Shown here one piece after another: positions 36,577 to 50,949 of a stretch of 64,000 bases of DNA. The first letter of the stretch is position 1; each line of letters starts with the position of its first letter. Made by a program: the position numbers and the translations under genes. Under the pieces are notes generated by a model. The model was given only the letters and a program-made list of their open reading frames with translations, was not told the DNA's origin and did not search any database. This DNA is from Nageia nagi (taxonomy: Eukaryota > Plantae > Pinophyta), in NCBI GenBank assembly GCA_050084985.1, contig JBITNC010000001.1, positions 121,086,001 through 121,150,000 of the forward strand, read 5' to 3'.

Positions 36577-39500
36577 TGTGATGTTCCCAAATTATTAGAG
36601 AATCAAGCAATAATTCAGGAAATGAGCAAGAACAAGAAATTATGCCACACAAATACCCAATGCACAAGCCAAAATGGAGAAATAATGCCAACGTCTCAGT
36701 ATTGAACGATGATGGAGCAAGATACAACCAAAATGGCCCAAGAGGGTTGACTTTTGGCTCAAGGGACAGGATCTAGGGCACAATACTCTGCAAATGCTGA
36801 TGTCACACTGCTAGGGCCTTCAACCCTCGGATCTAAGATGCAAGACTGGATTGGCTAAGGGTTTCTATACTTTGTTAAGATCTAGTGAGGGCTACGTCCT
36901 ACTAAACCCTTTCGATGTTGGGTTTTCGTCCAACATGAGGCCCAAGAGATGGCGTTGCCAGTCTGAAGATAGAAGATGTGTAATATGCTCAATCATCCTC
37001 CTCAATACTGCGGCCTGTGCTAGCTGAATATATAGGTGATGCCTCATTGTGGATGTCTAGATCATGCCTAGGTATCATAATGACTCATGTGTCCACTTTT
37101 AATCCATGTCACACTTCTAATCATGCGTTGGGGTCTTGGGATCCCCACCATTAGACTTAAATGCTAATTATGCTCCTAATCTAACTCTAGGAGGGAGACG
37201 TCCCACTTTGGGGCTCACAATTGGTCTATGGGACCCATAAGTCTCCTATTTAGAGGTTACAATCATGTCTACAATAAATAAAACATCACTAACTACCAAA
37301 ACACACCTAAAAAGGAACGGCTTCTAAAAGGGAACATCATAGTCCTCCCTTCCTGAATTGCTTGACCCCAAGCAATGCAAAGTCGATGTGTAAGTATTTC
37401 TGGCCCTTCCCATGTTGCGTCTTCTTTAGGTAAGTCTCTCTGTTTTACCAAGTGGTCCTTAACAATCTGGAATCTTAGCTTCTTCTCCTTGGTATCTAAA
37501 ATGCACTTAGGAACTAATATTAGCTTCCCCTCTTCATTGAGTGATGGTAGGTCTAATGAGGGATTCACATGCCATCCAAGTGCCTTCTTCAAACATGACA
37601 CATGGAAGATGTTATGTATCTTGATGCCGGAGGGTAGCTCCAACTCATATGCTCTCACTATCCCTTCCCCTTCTTGCAGAACACCTTACAAGGCTTGAAA
37701 AATCTTGGTTGGAGTTTTTTTGCCCCTTTTCTCGTGAGCGTGGATTTCTTATAGGGTTGCAACCTCAAATACACCATGTCTCTTCTTCAAATGTGCATTA
37801 TGTCCTGTTTTGATCAACAAGTTTTTGTGACGGTTTTGAGAAAGCTAGAGGTTTTCCATGAGTGTTCTCATGATGTTTTGACTGTACTGCAAAATGTCCT
37901 TGGCCTTTGGTGCTCTTCCATCCCCAAAAATCAAAACTAGGAGCCTCATATCCATAAAATGCCATGAAGGGTAACATTTGTATAGAAAAATGATGAGTGG
38001 TGTTGTAGCAATACTCCCCTAGATGTAGCCATTGGATCCATTCCCACTGTTGTCTTGTAACATATTGTCTCAAGTAAACCTTCTAACCACTTATTTACTA
38101 TTTCTATCTTTCCATTTGTTTGAGGATGATAATTGGTGCTACGTGTTAAGTTCGTTCCACTGAATTTGAAGAGTTCTTGCCAAAAAATGCTCATAAATTT
38201 GGTATCCTTGTCACTTACAATTTCTTTTGGCAACCCATTTAGTCTAAATACCTCTTTAAAAAATAGTTCAGCCACTTGCACAACTGTGTGGGTGATGGTG
38301 ATATCAAAGAAGTGGGCATATTTTGTCAATCGGTCCACCACCAAAAGATGCAGTCCTTTCCCTAGTTTGAGGTAATCTTGTAATAAAATCCATGGAGATG
38401 CCCTCCATTTCTACATGGGGATTGGTAGTGGTTGCAATATTCTTGGAGGATGGATGTTATCTATCTTATTCTCCTTGACATTTGGTAACTCCTTCACATG
38501 CCTAAAAATATCCTCTTAAGTCCTTTCCATGCAAATCTCTCCCTCATGGCCCTGTATGTTTTGACTATGTCGGGTGTCCTGCTAATGGCATATCATGCAT
38601 GGTAGCTATGATATTCTCCTTCATTTTCGATCTTGGCACAAGGTAGATTTGGTTTTTGTATAGGATCAACCCCTCCCTAACTCTAAACTTGTCATCCTTC
38701 AGGTGTCCTTTGAGGATGTTGTGACGATCTAAAATCACCCTCAACAAAAACAAACCAAGCTAGGGCTTCTATAACCCTCAAGCACCCAACATTGCCCTCT
38801 AGGGCATACAAACACCTCAATGCACCAACATGGGCCTCCTAGGTCTTCTTGACTACACACCACACCAAACAATGATCCCACAAAGCTGACGTCAACCCGT
38901 AGGGCTTCTCCAACACTAAGCTAACCACACGAATGCAACACAACAACAATGGACAACATAGAAATAACCACGATGGGGTCACACCACAATATTGAGCCAG
39001 AACAAGCTTCCAACATTAGTATATCACAATGCATGTATACAAAGGGAACAACACAATGATGAGAGAGAGCAAGCTGTATTATATCATGGAATAACAATGG
39101 AGTACAATGAGGATCTCAACATCCAAATCTAGGGTTCCAAACCCTTGTACAAGCCGAACACCTCCTCGAACCCTGGAAACCACTGAAGGTAGAAGCTTTC
39201 CCTCGAAATACCATTGGATGGACTAGGTGACCCACCTAAGTCGTAGAATGCCAGGCATCCAACCCTATCACTCCTCTAGATGCCATCTAGGAACAATGCT
39301 CAACATCGCCTAGACTTGTATGCCCAATCGGGTTCAGTATAGAAGAAGTATAATCAATAGCTAACCTCCTAAGGGAGCTCCATCCTCAATATATAGCCTC
39401 ACGTGTCTATCCATCATACCTCGTTATCATCCCAAGCCAAGTCTATTCCAACGTTGGGGTCAACAGGTCAACCATGCCAACGTGGGGGTCATAAAGGCTC

Positions 39501-42500
39501 TCAAGGTTGATGTGGGGTCTAATGGACCTCCTCAAGCTGATGTGGGGGTCCAAGTGACCTCATAAGCCAACGTGCGATATGTGGGGCCCTCCCAACGCTG
39601 GTATGCTCCTCTATGCACCTCTGGACTATACAAGACTCATACCTATCTAGGGATTCCCACAATCCGGGATAACCTATTACAAGTTAACACAACACTACTC
39701 AAGGGGAGACGTCCCATTATCTGGGCTCACAGTGGGGTCTGCAGACCATAAGCTCCTGCTTGAGTTACACATGTACAACATGATCATAAACAAAACACTA
39801 GATTACAAAGTGACCATGACACATTTTGTCAGGGACGTCACAAAGCCTCCCCTCTCGAGATTGCTTGCCCTCAAGCAACTGAGTGAAGGATGTGCTAGAA
39901 TGTCTTCTCCTTCACATGTTGAGTCTTCTTTGGGAAGATCCTTCCACTTGATCAAGTGCTCTTGGATCTGCCTGTACCTGAGTTTCCTGACTCTAGTCTT
40001 GGATTAATTGTCCCTCATCATCTAGTGGCGGTAAGACCAAAGAAGAGATGTCCTGATGTCGATTGCCTTTTTTAGCAAGGATACATGGAAGGTGCTATGG
40101 ATCCTGCTCACGGAGGTAACTCCAACTCGTAGGCTACTTCTCCAATTCAGCGTAGAATCTTGTAAGGCCCAAAGAAACGTGGATGTAGCTTCTCTACTTT
40201 CCTCTTCTTGAGTGAGGATTGGCGGAAAGGTTGCAGACGCAGTTACACCATGTCTCCCACCTCAAAACTCCTCTCGGTCTTGTGTTGATCATAGAATTTC
40301 TTCTGTCTATCCTGAGCCATCTTCAAGTTCTCTCAACACCCTTAGTATGTCCTGATATTCTTGCAAAAACTGGTTAGCCATGGAGCTTTACCTTCATCAA
40401 AAATCAGATCCGTAAAGTTAGGGGGGTCATAGCCATATAATGCACAAAAGGGGAACATCTTAATGGACGAATGATGAGTAGTGTTGTAGCAATACTCCCC
40501 AACGTGGAGCCACTTAACCCACGTTTGTTGCTGGCCGGTGACATAGTGATGCAGGTACCCTTCAACCCACTTGTTGACGATCTCGTCTGTCCATCAGTTT
40601 GAGGGTGGTAACTCATGCTAGGGTGAGGGCTATTACACTCAGCCTAAATAGTTCCTGCCAAAACACACTCATAAACTTGCTATCCCTGTCATTGACTATC
40701 CTCAATGGTATGCCATGCAATCTGAAAACTTCTCGGAAAAACAAATTTGCAATCTGTATGGTTGTGTGAGTGGTGGTAATGGCGAAGAAGTGGGCAAACT
40801 TGGTGAGCCTGTCAACCACCACCATGATGCTATCTTTTCCTTGGGCTTTCGGCAAGCCAGTGATGAAGTCCATGGAAATGTGTTCCCATTTCTATTGGGG
40901 AATAGGCAAGGGTTGAAGCAAACCTCTCGGCTTCACATACTTGTCCTTATTCTCCTGGCAACGAGTGCACTCTTGGACGTGGGTCACTACATCCTTCCTT
41001 AGCCGTTTACACATGAATCTGTCCTTGACAGCTTGGTAGGTCTTAGCAACACCTGGGTGACGGCGAGGGGTGTGTTATGGAGTGCGTGTAGCACCTTTTT
41101 CCTCACTTCAGACATAGGTGTCGAGAGGATCTTTCCCCTTTTATAGATCAGCCCCTCCTTGACCACATACCTCCTGTTCCTGATTGATCCGTCAAGGATC
41201 CTTGTAGTATATACATCCTATGCATACTCATCCATGACTTCCTTCTTCCATTCGGTTGTGATGGCCGAGAGTGAGCAAAATGATGGGTGTCGGGACAAAG
41301 CATCTGTAGTTGCGTTCTTCTTCCGTTTGATGTACTGGATCTCAAAGTCATATGATTGCAATTTACTCACCCACCTTTGCTGCTTTTCTGTGAGATTGGT
41401 CTGGCTAAGGAAATACTTCAGACTGTTGTGATCACTACGTATAACAATGGCCCACATACCAAATACTGCTTGAACTTCTCGAGTGCATGCATGATAGCCA
41501 ACATCTCCTTATCATACACACTCAGGTTCTTCTCCGAGTTGGTCAATTTCCTACTCTTATAAGCTACAGGCTGCCCATTTCGCATCAACACGTCCCCTAT
41601 ACCTAGTTTGGACGCATCACACTCCACTGTGAATGGGGCTAAAAAGTTGGGTATGGCCAAATAGGGACATGTGCACATCACTTCTTTGAGCTTCCTGAAA
41701 GCCTCCTGTGCCTCATCACTCCAAACGAAGGCATCCTTCTTGGTGAGTTGCGTGAGGGGTGCCTCCAAGTGAGAAAACCCTTGAATAAATCTTAGGTAAT
41801 AGTTGCAACCCAAGGAATCCTCTCAGTTGTGTGAGGGTTGTGGGGATCGACCATTCTTGAATAGCAGAGATCTTCTGTTCGTCCATTCTCACTCCTTCGT
41901 GGCTTATCACATGCCCTAGATAAAAGATCTCCAACATTCCGAACTCACATTTGAACACTTGGCATAGAACCGTTGCTTCTGCAATATCCTCAACACACTA
42001 TCCAAATGCCTGAGATGCTCCTCCCACGTCTTATTGTAGATCAATGTCATCAAAGAATACTAAGACATGCTTCCTCAAATGTTTCCGAAACATTTGGTTC
42101 ATTGTTGATTGGAAGGTGGCAGGAGCATTGGTCAGTCCGAATGGCATCACCATGAACTCAAAGTGACCAAAGTGGCAACGAAATGCTGTCTTGTGTATGC
42201 CCTCCTCCTTCATCCGGATTTGATGATACCCTAACCTTAGATCAATCTTGGAGAAGTACTTGGCTCCATGTAAATCATCTATGAGTTCGTCTACCCTTGG
42301 GATCGGATATCGGTTCTTGATAGTCTTCTTGTTTAGCAGCCGATAGTCAATACACATCCTCATGGTCCCATCCTTCTTCTTCACCAAAACTCCCGAGCAT
42401 GCAAAAGGGCTAGTGCTGGGTCTGATGAACCCCATGTCCAATAACTTCTTGATGGCCTTTTCGATCTCATCTTTATAGGCTTTGGGATATCTGTATGGCG

Positions 42501-45500
42501 TGATTATGATAGGCCTTGCACCATCCTCTTGCTCCACCACGTGTTCAAACCCCTTGATAGTGGTAGACCTTTAGGGATCTCCCCAAAGACGTTTGGATAC
42601 TGATCCAGAATGGTGTGGATCTCTAGTGGCTGCTTCGGAACCTCCTTGGTGTCCAACGTTGGCCTCCTTTGGACAATGTGAAGATGCAGACCCATTCATT
42701 ATCCTTCTTCCAGATTGTGGCGTACATGCTCCTTGCCGAAAATCACTTCCTTGATCTTCTCCAATTGGTTGTGTGTGGCATTGGATCGGAGGGATATCTT
42801 CCGTTTTGCTTTTTTTTTCAAGCTCAAAGTTGCTTCTTCCTGGATACCTTCGTTCGAATCCTCCTCTCCTTCAGATCTTGGGTTTCTTCCTCCTTATTAC
42901 TACCCTTCGAATGGGCCGTTAGGGATGGGTTGTCCTCTTCCCCAATGAAGTTCCCATCCCATGCGTTCACTCCATAACCAAGCAAGTCTTGATACACATG
43001 GAAGGTGACGTCCTTCTGAAAACCTTCAGCCATACCACGATAGATCGGGAGTAAGATCTCAACCCGTGGTGGTGTCTTGTGCGCTGTATTTGGTCTAGGA
43101 AGACGTGGCCTCCCCTTCTTCTTACACATTTTTTTGCATGTCTTTCGCCAAGATACCAAATGAGCTTTCTCCTTTCCTCCATTGGGATCTTTTCCTCCTC
43201 AAACCTTCGGAGCAAATGGCGAAACACCTTCGGACTGTATTCCGACTTCATAGTAATTGTAGATCGACCCTCCATTCCCTCAGGTTGGCAAGATCTTGGC
43301 TCTGATACCACTTGTGATGATCTAAAATCACCCTCAACAAAAACAAACCAAGCTAGGGCTTCTATAACCCTCAAGCACCCAACGATTGCCCTCTAGGGCA
43401 TACAAACACCTCAATGCACCAACATGGGCCTCCTAGGTCTTCTTGACTACACACCACACCAAACAATGATCCCACAAAGCTGACGTCAGCCCTAGGGCTT
43501 CTCCAGCACTAAGCTAACCACATGAATGCAACACAACAACAATGGACAACATAGAAATACCCACAATGGGGCCACACCACAATACTGAGCCAGAACGAGC
43601 TTCCAACACCAATATATCACAATGCATGTATACAAAGGGAACAACACAATGATGAGAGAGATGCAAGCTGTATTATATCATGGAATAACAATGGAGTACA
43701 ATGAGGATCTCAACATCCAAATCTAGGGTTCCAAACCCTTGTACAAGCCGAACACCACAGGAAAGACTCACTCCCTCAAAACTTGAATCTTCTCCTACGA
43801 AGGATCCTCCTCGAACGCTGGAAACCACGGAAGGTAGAAGCTTGCTCTCGGAATACCACCAGTGGACTAGGTGACCCACCTAAGTCATAAAATGCTAAGG
43901 CTTCCAACCCTGTCACTCTTCTAGACGCCGTCTAGGAATAATTCTCAACATCGCCAAGACTTGTATGCCCAATTGGGTTCAGTATAGAAGAAGTATAATC
44001 AATAGCTAACCTCCTCATGGAACTCCATCCTCAATATATAGCCTCACGTGTCTATCCATCATACCTTGTTATCATCCCAAGCCAAGTCTATTCCAATGTT
44101 GGGTTCAATAGGTCAACCATGCCAACATGGGGGTCATATTTGTGCAGTATGCTAACGTGGGGATCCCATGGACCCAGTGTGCCAACGTGGGGGTCATAAA
44201 GGCCCCCAACGCTGACGTGGGGTCTAATGGGCCTCCTCGAGCTGATGTGGGGGTCTAGGTGACCTCATAAGCCAACGTGAGATATGTGGGGCCCTCCCAA
44301 CGCTGGTATGCTCCTCTATTCACCTTTGGACTATACAAGACTCATGCCTATCTAGGGATTCCCACAATTCGGGATAACCCATTACAAGTTAACACAACAC
44401 TACTTAAGGGGAGATGTCCCATTATTGGGCTCACAGTGGGGTCCGCAGACCATAAGCTCCTGCTTGAGTTACACATGTACAACATGATCATAAACAAAAC
44501 ACTGATTACAAAGTGACCAAGACACATTTTGTTGATGGTCCAAATGAGACATCACAAAGCCTCCCCTCCTAGGATTGCTTGCCCGCAAGCAACTAAGTGA
44601 CGGATGTGCTAGAATATCTTCTCCTTCCCACGTTGAGTCTTCTTCGGGAAGATCCTTCCACTTGATCAGGTTCTCCCGGATCTGCCTGTACTTGAGTTTC
44701 CTGACTCTAGTCTCCAACACCCTCTCCGATATGAGGACCAATTTTCCCTCATCATCTAGTGGCGGTAAGACCAGAGAAGAGATGTCCTAATGTCTGATTG
44801 CCTTTTTCAGCAAGGATACATGGAAGGTGCTATGGATCGTGCTCCCCAAAGGTAACTCCAACTCGTAGGCTACTTCCTCAATTTGGCATAGAATCTTAAA
44901 AGGACCAAAGAAACGTGGATGTATACAAACTAAGAGTTTGTTCTGCAGGAATGAGTTTCCTACTTTCAAAAGCAATAGGCTTCCCCTTTTGCATGAGTAT
45001 GACCCTATCCCATACTTAGATGCATCACACACAATTGTAAATGGAATGGAAAAATCAGGAATTGCCAAACAAGGTGCACATTACTCTTTTAAGCTCTTCA
45101 AATGCCCTTTGGGCCTCATTGCTTCAAACAAACGCATCCTTCTTGGTTAGCTGCGTCAGGAGTTCTGCCAAGTGTGAGAATCTTCGATTAATCTCCGATA
45201 GTAGTTGCACAGTCCCAAAAATCCCCTCAAGTGCGTGAGGGTAGTAGGCATTGGCCACTCTTGGATGGTTTGGATCTTTTTCTCATCCACTTGAACTCCC
45301 TCTTGGCTCATGATGTGCCCTAAGTACAGACCACAATCATCCCAAACTCACACTTTGACTTCTTGGCATAAAACTTTTGCTGCTACAAGATCCCAAAACT
45401 GAATCCAAATATTTGAATTGATCCTCCCACGTTTGGTTGTAGATGAGGATGTCATCAAAAAATACCTACACATACTTCCTTAGTTGCTCCCTGAAAACTT

Positions 45501-47934
45501 GATTCATGGTGGATTGAAATGTAGTCGGTGCATTGGTTAATCCAAATGGCATGACTAGGAATTTAAAGTTCCTAAAATGACATCTAAAGGCTCTCTTATG
45601 GATATCTTTCTCTCTTATGCGGATCTGGTGATACCCATATCTGAGATCTATCTTTGAGAAGTTCTTATCTTCATGGAGCTCATCAATGAGGTCATCCACT
45701 AGTGGGATAGGATACCTATTCTTGATTGTCTTTTTGTTGAGCACCCGATAATCAATGCACATCCTCATGGTCCCATCCTTCGTCTTTACCAAGATCACCG
45801 AAGAAGCAAAAGGGCTAGAGCTAGATCGTATGAAACCCATATCAAGAAATTTTTTGATGGTCCTCTCAATTTCATCCTTGTAAATGTGTGGGTGCCTGTA
45901 TGGAGTGATCATGCCTGGCTTCGATCCTAGCTCCAACTCTATGATGTGTTCAAACCCTCGTTTTGGTGGTAAGCCCTTAGGCATATCCCCAAAGACATCC
46001 TTGTGCCTTTCTAGAATCTCTTGGACCTCTTCGTGGGGTGTGGTCTCCTCCTTGTTGATGGACGTTGGCTTGCCTTTGACCATGAGAAAGGTTGCTTCCC
46101 ATACAATGCCTCTTCTCTTGATGATTTTCTTCTTTTTGTGTGCAGACACCAATTGTGGATGCACTTCCATCCTTCCTGCCATTGGCTTTAACCCTCAATG
46201 AAACTTTCCTTTCACCCTTCTTTTTTTGATCCAACAATGCGCTCTTTGTATGTGGCCATATAACCCCTTTCTCCTTGATCCACCTGCAGTGTCTTTCATC
46301 TTGGCTTGGTGCGTGGGGTCTTCTTTCATCACCTTGTGCAGACATCTCAAGTCTAGAAGCCTTCTCGAGTGACAATGCCCCCTAGATAGCTTCGTTGAGT
46401 GAAAATGGTGAGAAAGCCCTCATGAGACTTCTCAATGGCTCCATTACTCCTTCCACAAATAAAGATGTCAACTCTTTTTGGGAAATGTGGGTGACCATGG
46501 CAGCTTTCTGCTGAAATTCTAAGGTGTATGTCTCCAATTTCTCTTGTTACTTAATTACTACCAAATCCATGAAATATTCTTCCTCATCCCTTAGATCAAA
46601 GCAATCCAATATTTGTTGGCCAAGCTCCTCAAATGTGTAGATGAAGCGATGATCATGGGTGTCTTGTCCATGATGCCACCATTCATGCACTACCCCCTCT
46701 AAATGCATGATGGCGATTTGGATGGAGTCTTCTTCTGTTGTTTGATTGAGGGCGAAGCAGGTCCTCAATTTATGCACCCAAACCATAGCTGTTAGCTTGC
46801 CTTCTTCGTTGAATTAGGGATTTTGACCAATCCCTTGAACTCTCCATGCGTTCTTTGTGGCTTCGGGATCTCTTGACTCGATCTTCTAGTAATCCTCAAA
46901 GCTGACCTCCTCCTTGAAGGTTTCGAGATTCCGTTGGTAGATCTGATCCAACATGTCATTCGGCCATGGTGGTGGAGGTGGACGTTGTGATGGTGGTTCA
47001 TCTGAAATGTCTGGCACATATCTCTTTTCTCCTTGTGGATCACCACCCCCTTTCAGAATGTCTTGATGGCCCAACTCCTTGAGTAAATTATGCATTACCT
47101 CAATTGTAACCTCTATTTTCTCCATACTGATTGCAGATCTGAATGACTTACTTCCTTCCATCTTCATAGGATGGTAGGATGAAGCTCTAATACCATTGTG
47201 ATGTTCCCAAATTATTCTTATTCCCAATTATTAGAGAATCAAGCAATAATTTATGAAATGAGCAAGAGCAAGAAATTATGCCACAAAAATACCCAATGCA
47301 CAAGCCAAAATGGAGAAATGATGCCAACGTCTCAGTATGAACAATGATGGAGCAAGATACAACCAAATGGCCCAAGGGACCATATCTAGGGCACAATACT
47401 CTCCAAATGTGAACATCACATCGCTAGGGCCTTCAACCCCCATATCTGAGATGCAAGATTGGATTGGCTAAGGGTTTCTATCCTTCCCAAGATCTAGTGA
47501 GGGCTACGTCCCACTAAACCCTTCCCGCGCTAGGTTTCTGTCCAATGTAAGGCCAGAGAGATGGTGCTGCCACTCCGAATATAGAAGATGTGTAATATGC
47601 TCAATCATCCTCTTCAATGTTGTGCCAACCAAATATATAGGTGATGCCTAGATCATGCCTAGGGATCATAATGACTCATGTGCCTACCTCTCAATCCATG
47701 TGCAGACTTCTAATCATGTGTTGGGGTCTTAGGATCCCCTACCATTAGACTTAAATGCTAATTATGCTCCTAATCTAACTCTAGGAGGTAGACGCCCCAC
47801 ACTGGGGCTCACAATTGGTCCATGGGACCATAAGTCTCCTATTCAGAGGTTACAATCATGCCTACAATACATAAAACATCACTAACTACCAAAACACATC
47901 TAAAAAGGAACGACTTCTAAAAGGGAACATCACA
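36577..47934 (-). mobile_element. Ty3/gypsy chromovirus (element F), old, gag present, protease absent; hosts element D
   Basis: LTRs 36577-37341 and 47197-47934; PBS TGGTATTAGAGC at 47184-47195(-); PPT after 37341. Gag (MHLEGVVHEWWHHG), RT 45466-46182, INT 37946-38344, chromodomain 37293-37658. Flanks GAAAG/AAAAA form only an imperfect TSD. Confidence 0.9.
38720..44925 (-). mobile_element. Ty3/gypsy chromovirus (element D), no protease or capsid, plus the stub of a second tandem copy
   Basis: LTRs 38720-39842 and 43313-44556; PBS TGGTATCAGAGC at 43299-43310(-). A PPT follows 39842 and again 44556. RT 42031-42540, RH 41418-41813, INT 40613-40873. A second chromodomain/INT end occupies 44557-44925. 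Confidence 0.9.
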
Positions 47935-50652
47935 AAAAACACTTTGAAAAATTTGAATACACTCATTGTTAATCCATTCTCCAAAAGTGAGTCTTTTTTG
48001 TGCAACTTTTGGAATAAGGGCAATAACCTTGACTTACATAATGACTATATTCTAGAGCATACATTTGGTTTGTCCATTTTCCATTCGGTGTTGACCTCAA
48101 TTATGAGAAGGTAAAATTATTTTGCACAAGGTAACAGATTCCTTCGCAGCAAGTTTCTCCTTGGCATCATGCACACATAATCAACCGCGTCAAGTCACTG
48201 AAATCTGCGTACAAGGGTAGTGGCCAGCATGTAGAGGATAGTTCTTGAGTTTTCAAACAAAAACAGTTCTGGAGACTTTTGTCTTTTTGTGTGTTAAAAT
48301 GGCTGTGTTGTCCTTTTGTTTACAAAAAGAAGCATGGACATTGATGATCATGCTTTCAGAAACCACACTGATGACATCCAAAAGAACCATGTTCACCCTC
48401 TCTTCTATCCGTGTCACCTGTTCTTTAGCATAAGGTGGTTTCTTGTTTGACTGTGCCTTCTTGATAAGATGGGTGATATATTTATCAAGGATCACCATTG
48501 ATTGTCTGGATTCAAATCTTCAATAACTTCTCCTGCATATACTTTTGTCCCTGGTTCAGGGAGAAGAACGTCTCATCTAAAAGTTAAAAGACCTGACACT
48601 TCACTCTGTTCTGTGTACAACCTGAAGATTGTTTGGAAGAAGCTTGTTATATTCATTCCTTCTTATCATTTACTTTGATATGTAGTACAACTCGTTGGCT
48701 TATGAACTACAATACTTTGTGGCTGCCCTAATCTCATGCCTTTGACCTTCTTAAGTTAAAGTTATAGACAAAATAATACTTGATTATATATGAGTTTTTT
48801 CTTGTCATTAAGACAATGATACACTTTTTCATGAATGTGTTTTTCGTCATTTGTTGCTCTGGATTATCTGTCCTATGCCCATGATTATATGGAAAAGGCA
48901 GTCATTTGCAAGCTATCTTCACTCAAGAAGTGATTGATGATGTCATATTGGTGCTTACTAGTGAAGAGATTTTGTTTCAGGTTTGGCTGGTTATGTAACA
49001 TAACCTACACATAAATAGATAGAAAGAAAGAAAATATATTAATGTCCACAGGTGACTAAAAGCGGTCAATGGGATCGTAATGTCCTGAAAATTTTCACAA
49101 ATAATTCTGCAAATAAAATTTGATCTAAATAATAAAAATTCTGATCTAAAAATATATTCAGAAAATGCCTAGAAAATTTATTCCAAACATCATAAAGTGA
49201 CTAGATCTGCCATACAAATATTATTAAAATTGCAAATAATGTCTCAATACATAGATCTAATATTGATCTAACAAAAAGAGCACAACACATGTAAGAAATA
49301 CCCTCCAAAGCTGGGTGTCACGCTGAATGCAAGCTCTGAAATCTCTGATATAAATGGAAGCTGAAAACACAACCTTGCAAAAATCTGAAACTATAATACC
49401 ACACCAAATCTGAAATACCACACAAATAAGGGTTCCCAAAACCCCAAATCTGATTTTATCTGAATTTCTCCCTGAATCTCTCAAGCAATGAAGTCCAAAT
49501 GCAAACCCTAGATAGGTTTGCCCTCACAAGATACAAGGGTTTTTGTCCTTGACCTTGAAAACCAAGAGGGTTTTCATCCTCAATGTTGGCTCTTGCAGGT
49601 TTTTGTCCACAAGAGTTGATCTCTCTAGGTTTTCGTCCTAAGAGATTAGGGTTTCAGCCTTCAGCCAAAACATCAAGTACAAGAGAAATAAGAATCACCA
49701 ACATAATGTAAATGAAACCCCAAGTCCTCTTTAATAGGAGAAATGTTATAATTCTCCGGTGACTATTTACAAGGTGCCCATTATAACTTAAAAGTTAAAC
49801 CATAATATTACTTCTCTTAATACATTACCCTTATATCCCCTTCTATTTTTTTTTTATTCTTTTATTTGTCTAACTCCACATAGAACACTTTCACACCACC
49901 TAAGATACACAAGTTCCATACTTCACATATACAAATATGCATGATCCTAGAAATGAAAAATGGGGACATCATAGGGATTGGGATGTCATACAATTCTATA
50001 GAAGTATCAAGACTGACCCTTCACAAGGTATGACAAGCTCAAAAAAATACAATGCTGGATCAAACATCCTAAAAAGGGGTTATACAATCAAAATTGTGAA
50101 AGACCTAAAAGAGGCCCATCACAAAGAATCATAAATGGTTTGACAATGCACTTGACTATGTCGTTGTCATAGGAACCTACTGTTTGTGTTTGCAACCACT
50201 CTATTAGAGTTGAAGAATGCTGTGATCCATCGAGTCCTCATGGGAGTATGGGCAACTTGATGCTGTAATTTGGTGTGTTGAGTGGGGAGTGGGGGGTCAT
50301 ATCTCCTCCTCTTTTTGAGTCTCCTTGTCTGATGAGGCTTGAAAAAAGGATGTAATACGATAATCTTCTGTTGGGTATTGGGTGCGAGCTAGAAGATGTT
50401 TCTGGAGAAGGAACGCCTCTTGAAGGTAGAGTGCCACACAATGCCAATCAGGGTATTGAAAGAAGGTAGAGATCGAGCTGTGAGAATCACATAAGAGACA
50501 ATAGTAGTGCCATCAAATAGCATAATAAATTGAGCATTGGAAGATAAAATGCTCCTTTGATTTCATCTCTAGAGAGCACAAATGATAGGGACGAGTCCCA
50601 TGAGCTAGATGATGGTCGATCTCAATCCACAATTAGTGAGAGAAAACTCGAA

Positions 50653-50949
50653 ACTAGCCGAGAAACATCCTCAACCCCATAGATAGGTGTAAATTGGTAA
50701 CCTTAGGGGAAGGATCACCCTTCTATCAATCTGGAGGAAGTGTTGAGAGTAGCGCAGGAACTTGGTGTGAGGTTTTCTTGAGGAGAAACCCATGTGTATT
50801 GGACTAGCCGAGAAACATCCTCAATCCCATAGATAGATGTAAACTGGTATACTTGGGGGAAGGATCACCCTTCTGTCGATTTGGAGGAAGTGTTGAGAGT
50901 AGTGCAATAGTTTGGGTGTGAGGGTTTCTTGAGGAGAAACCCATGTGTA
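50653..50949. repeat. Tandem duplication, ~150 bp x2
   Basis: 'actagccgagaaacatcctcaa...gaggagaaacccatgtgta' occurs twice. Confidence 0.85.

Noticed and set aside
44918-44922. GATGT matching the left flank of element D (38715-38719) as a possible TSD
   Set aside because: It is not adjacent to an LTR end, and the same sequence occurs in D's own integrase at ~40182.
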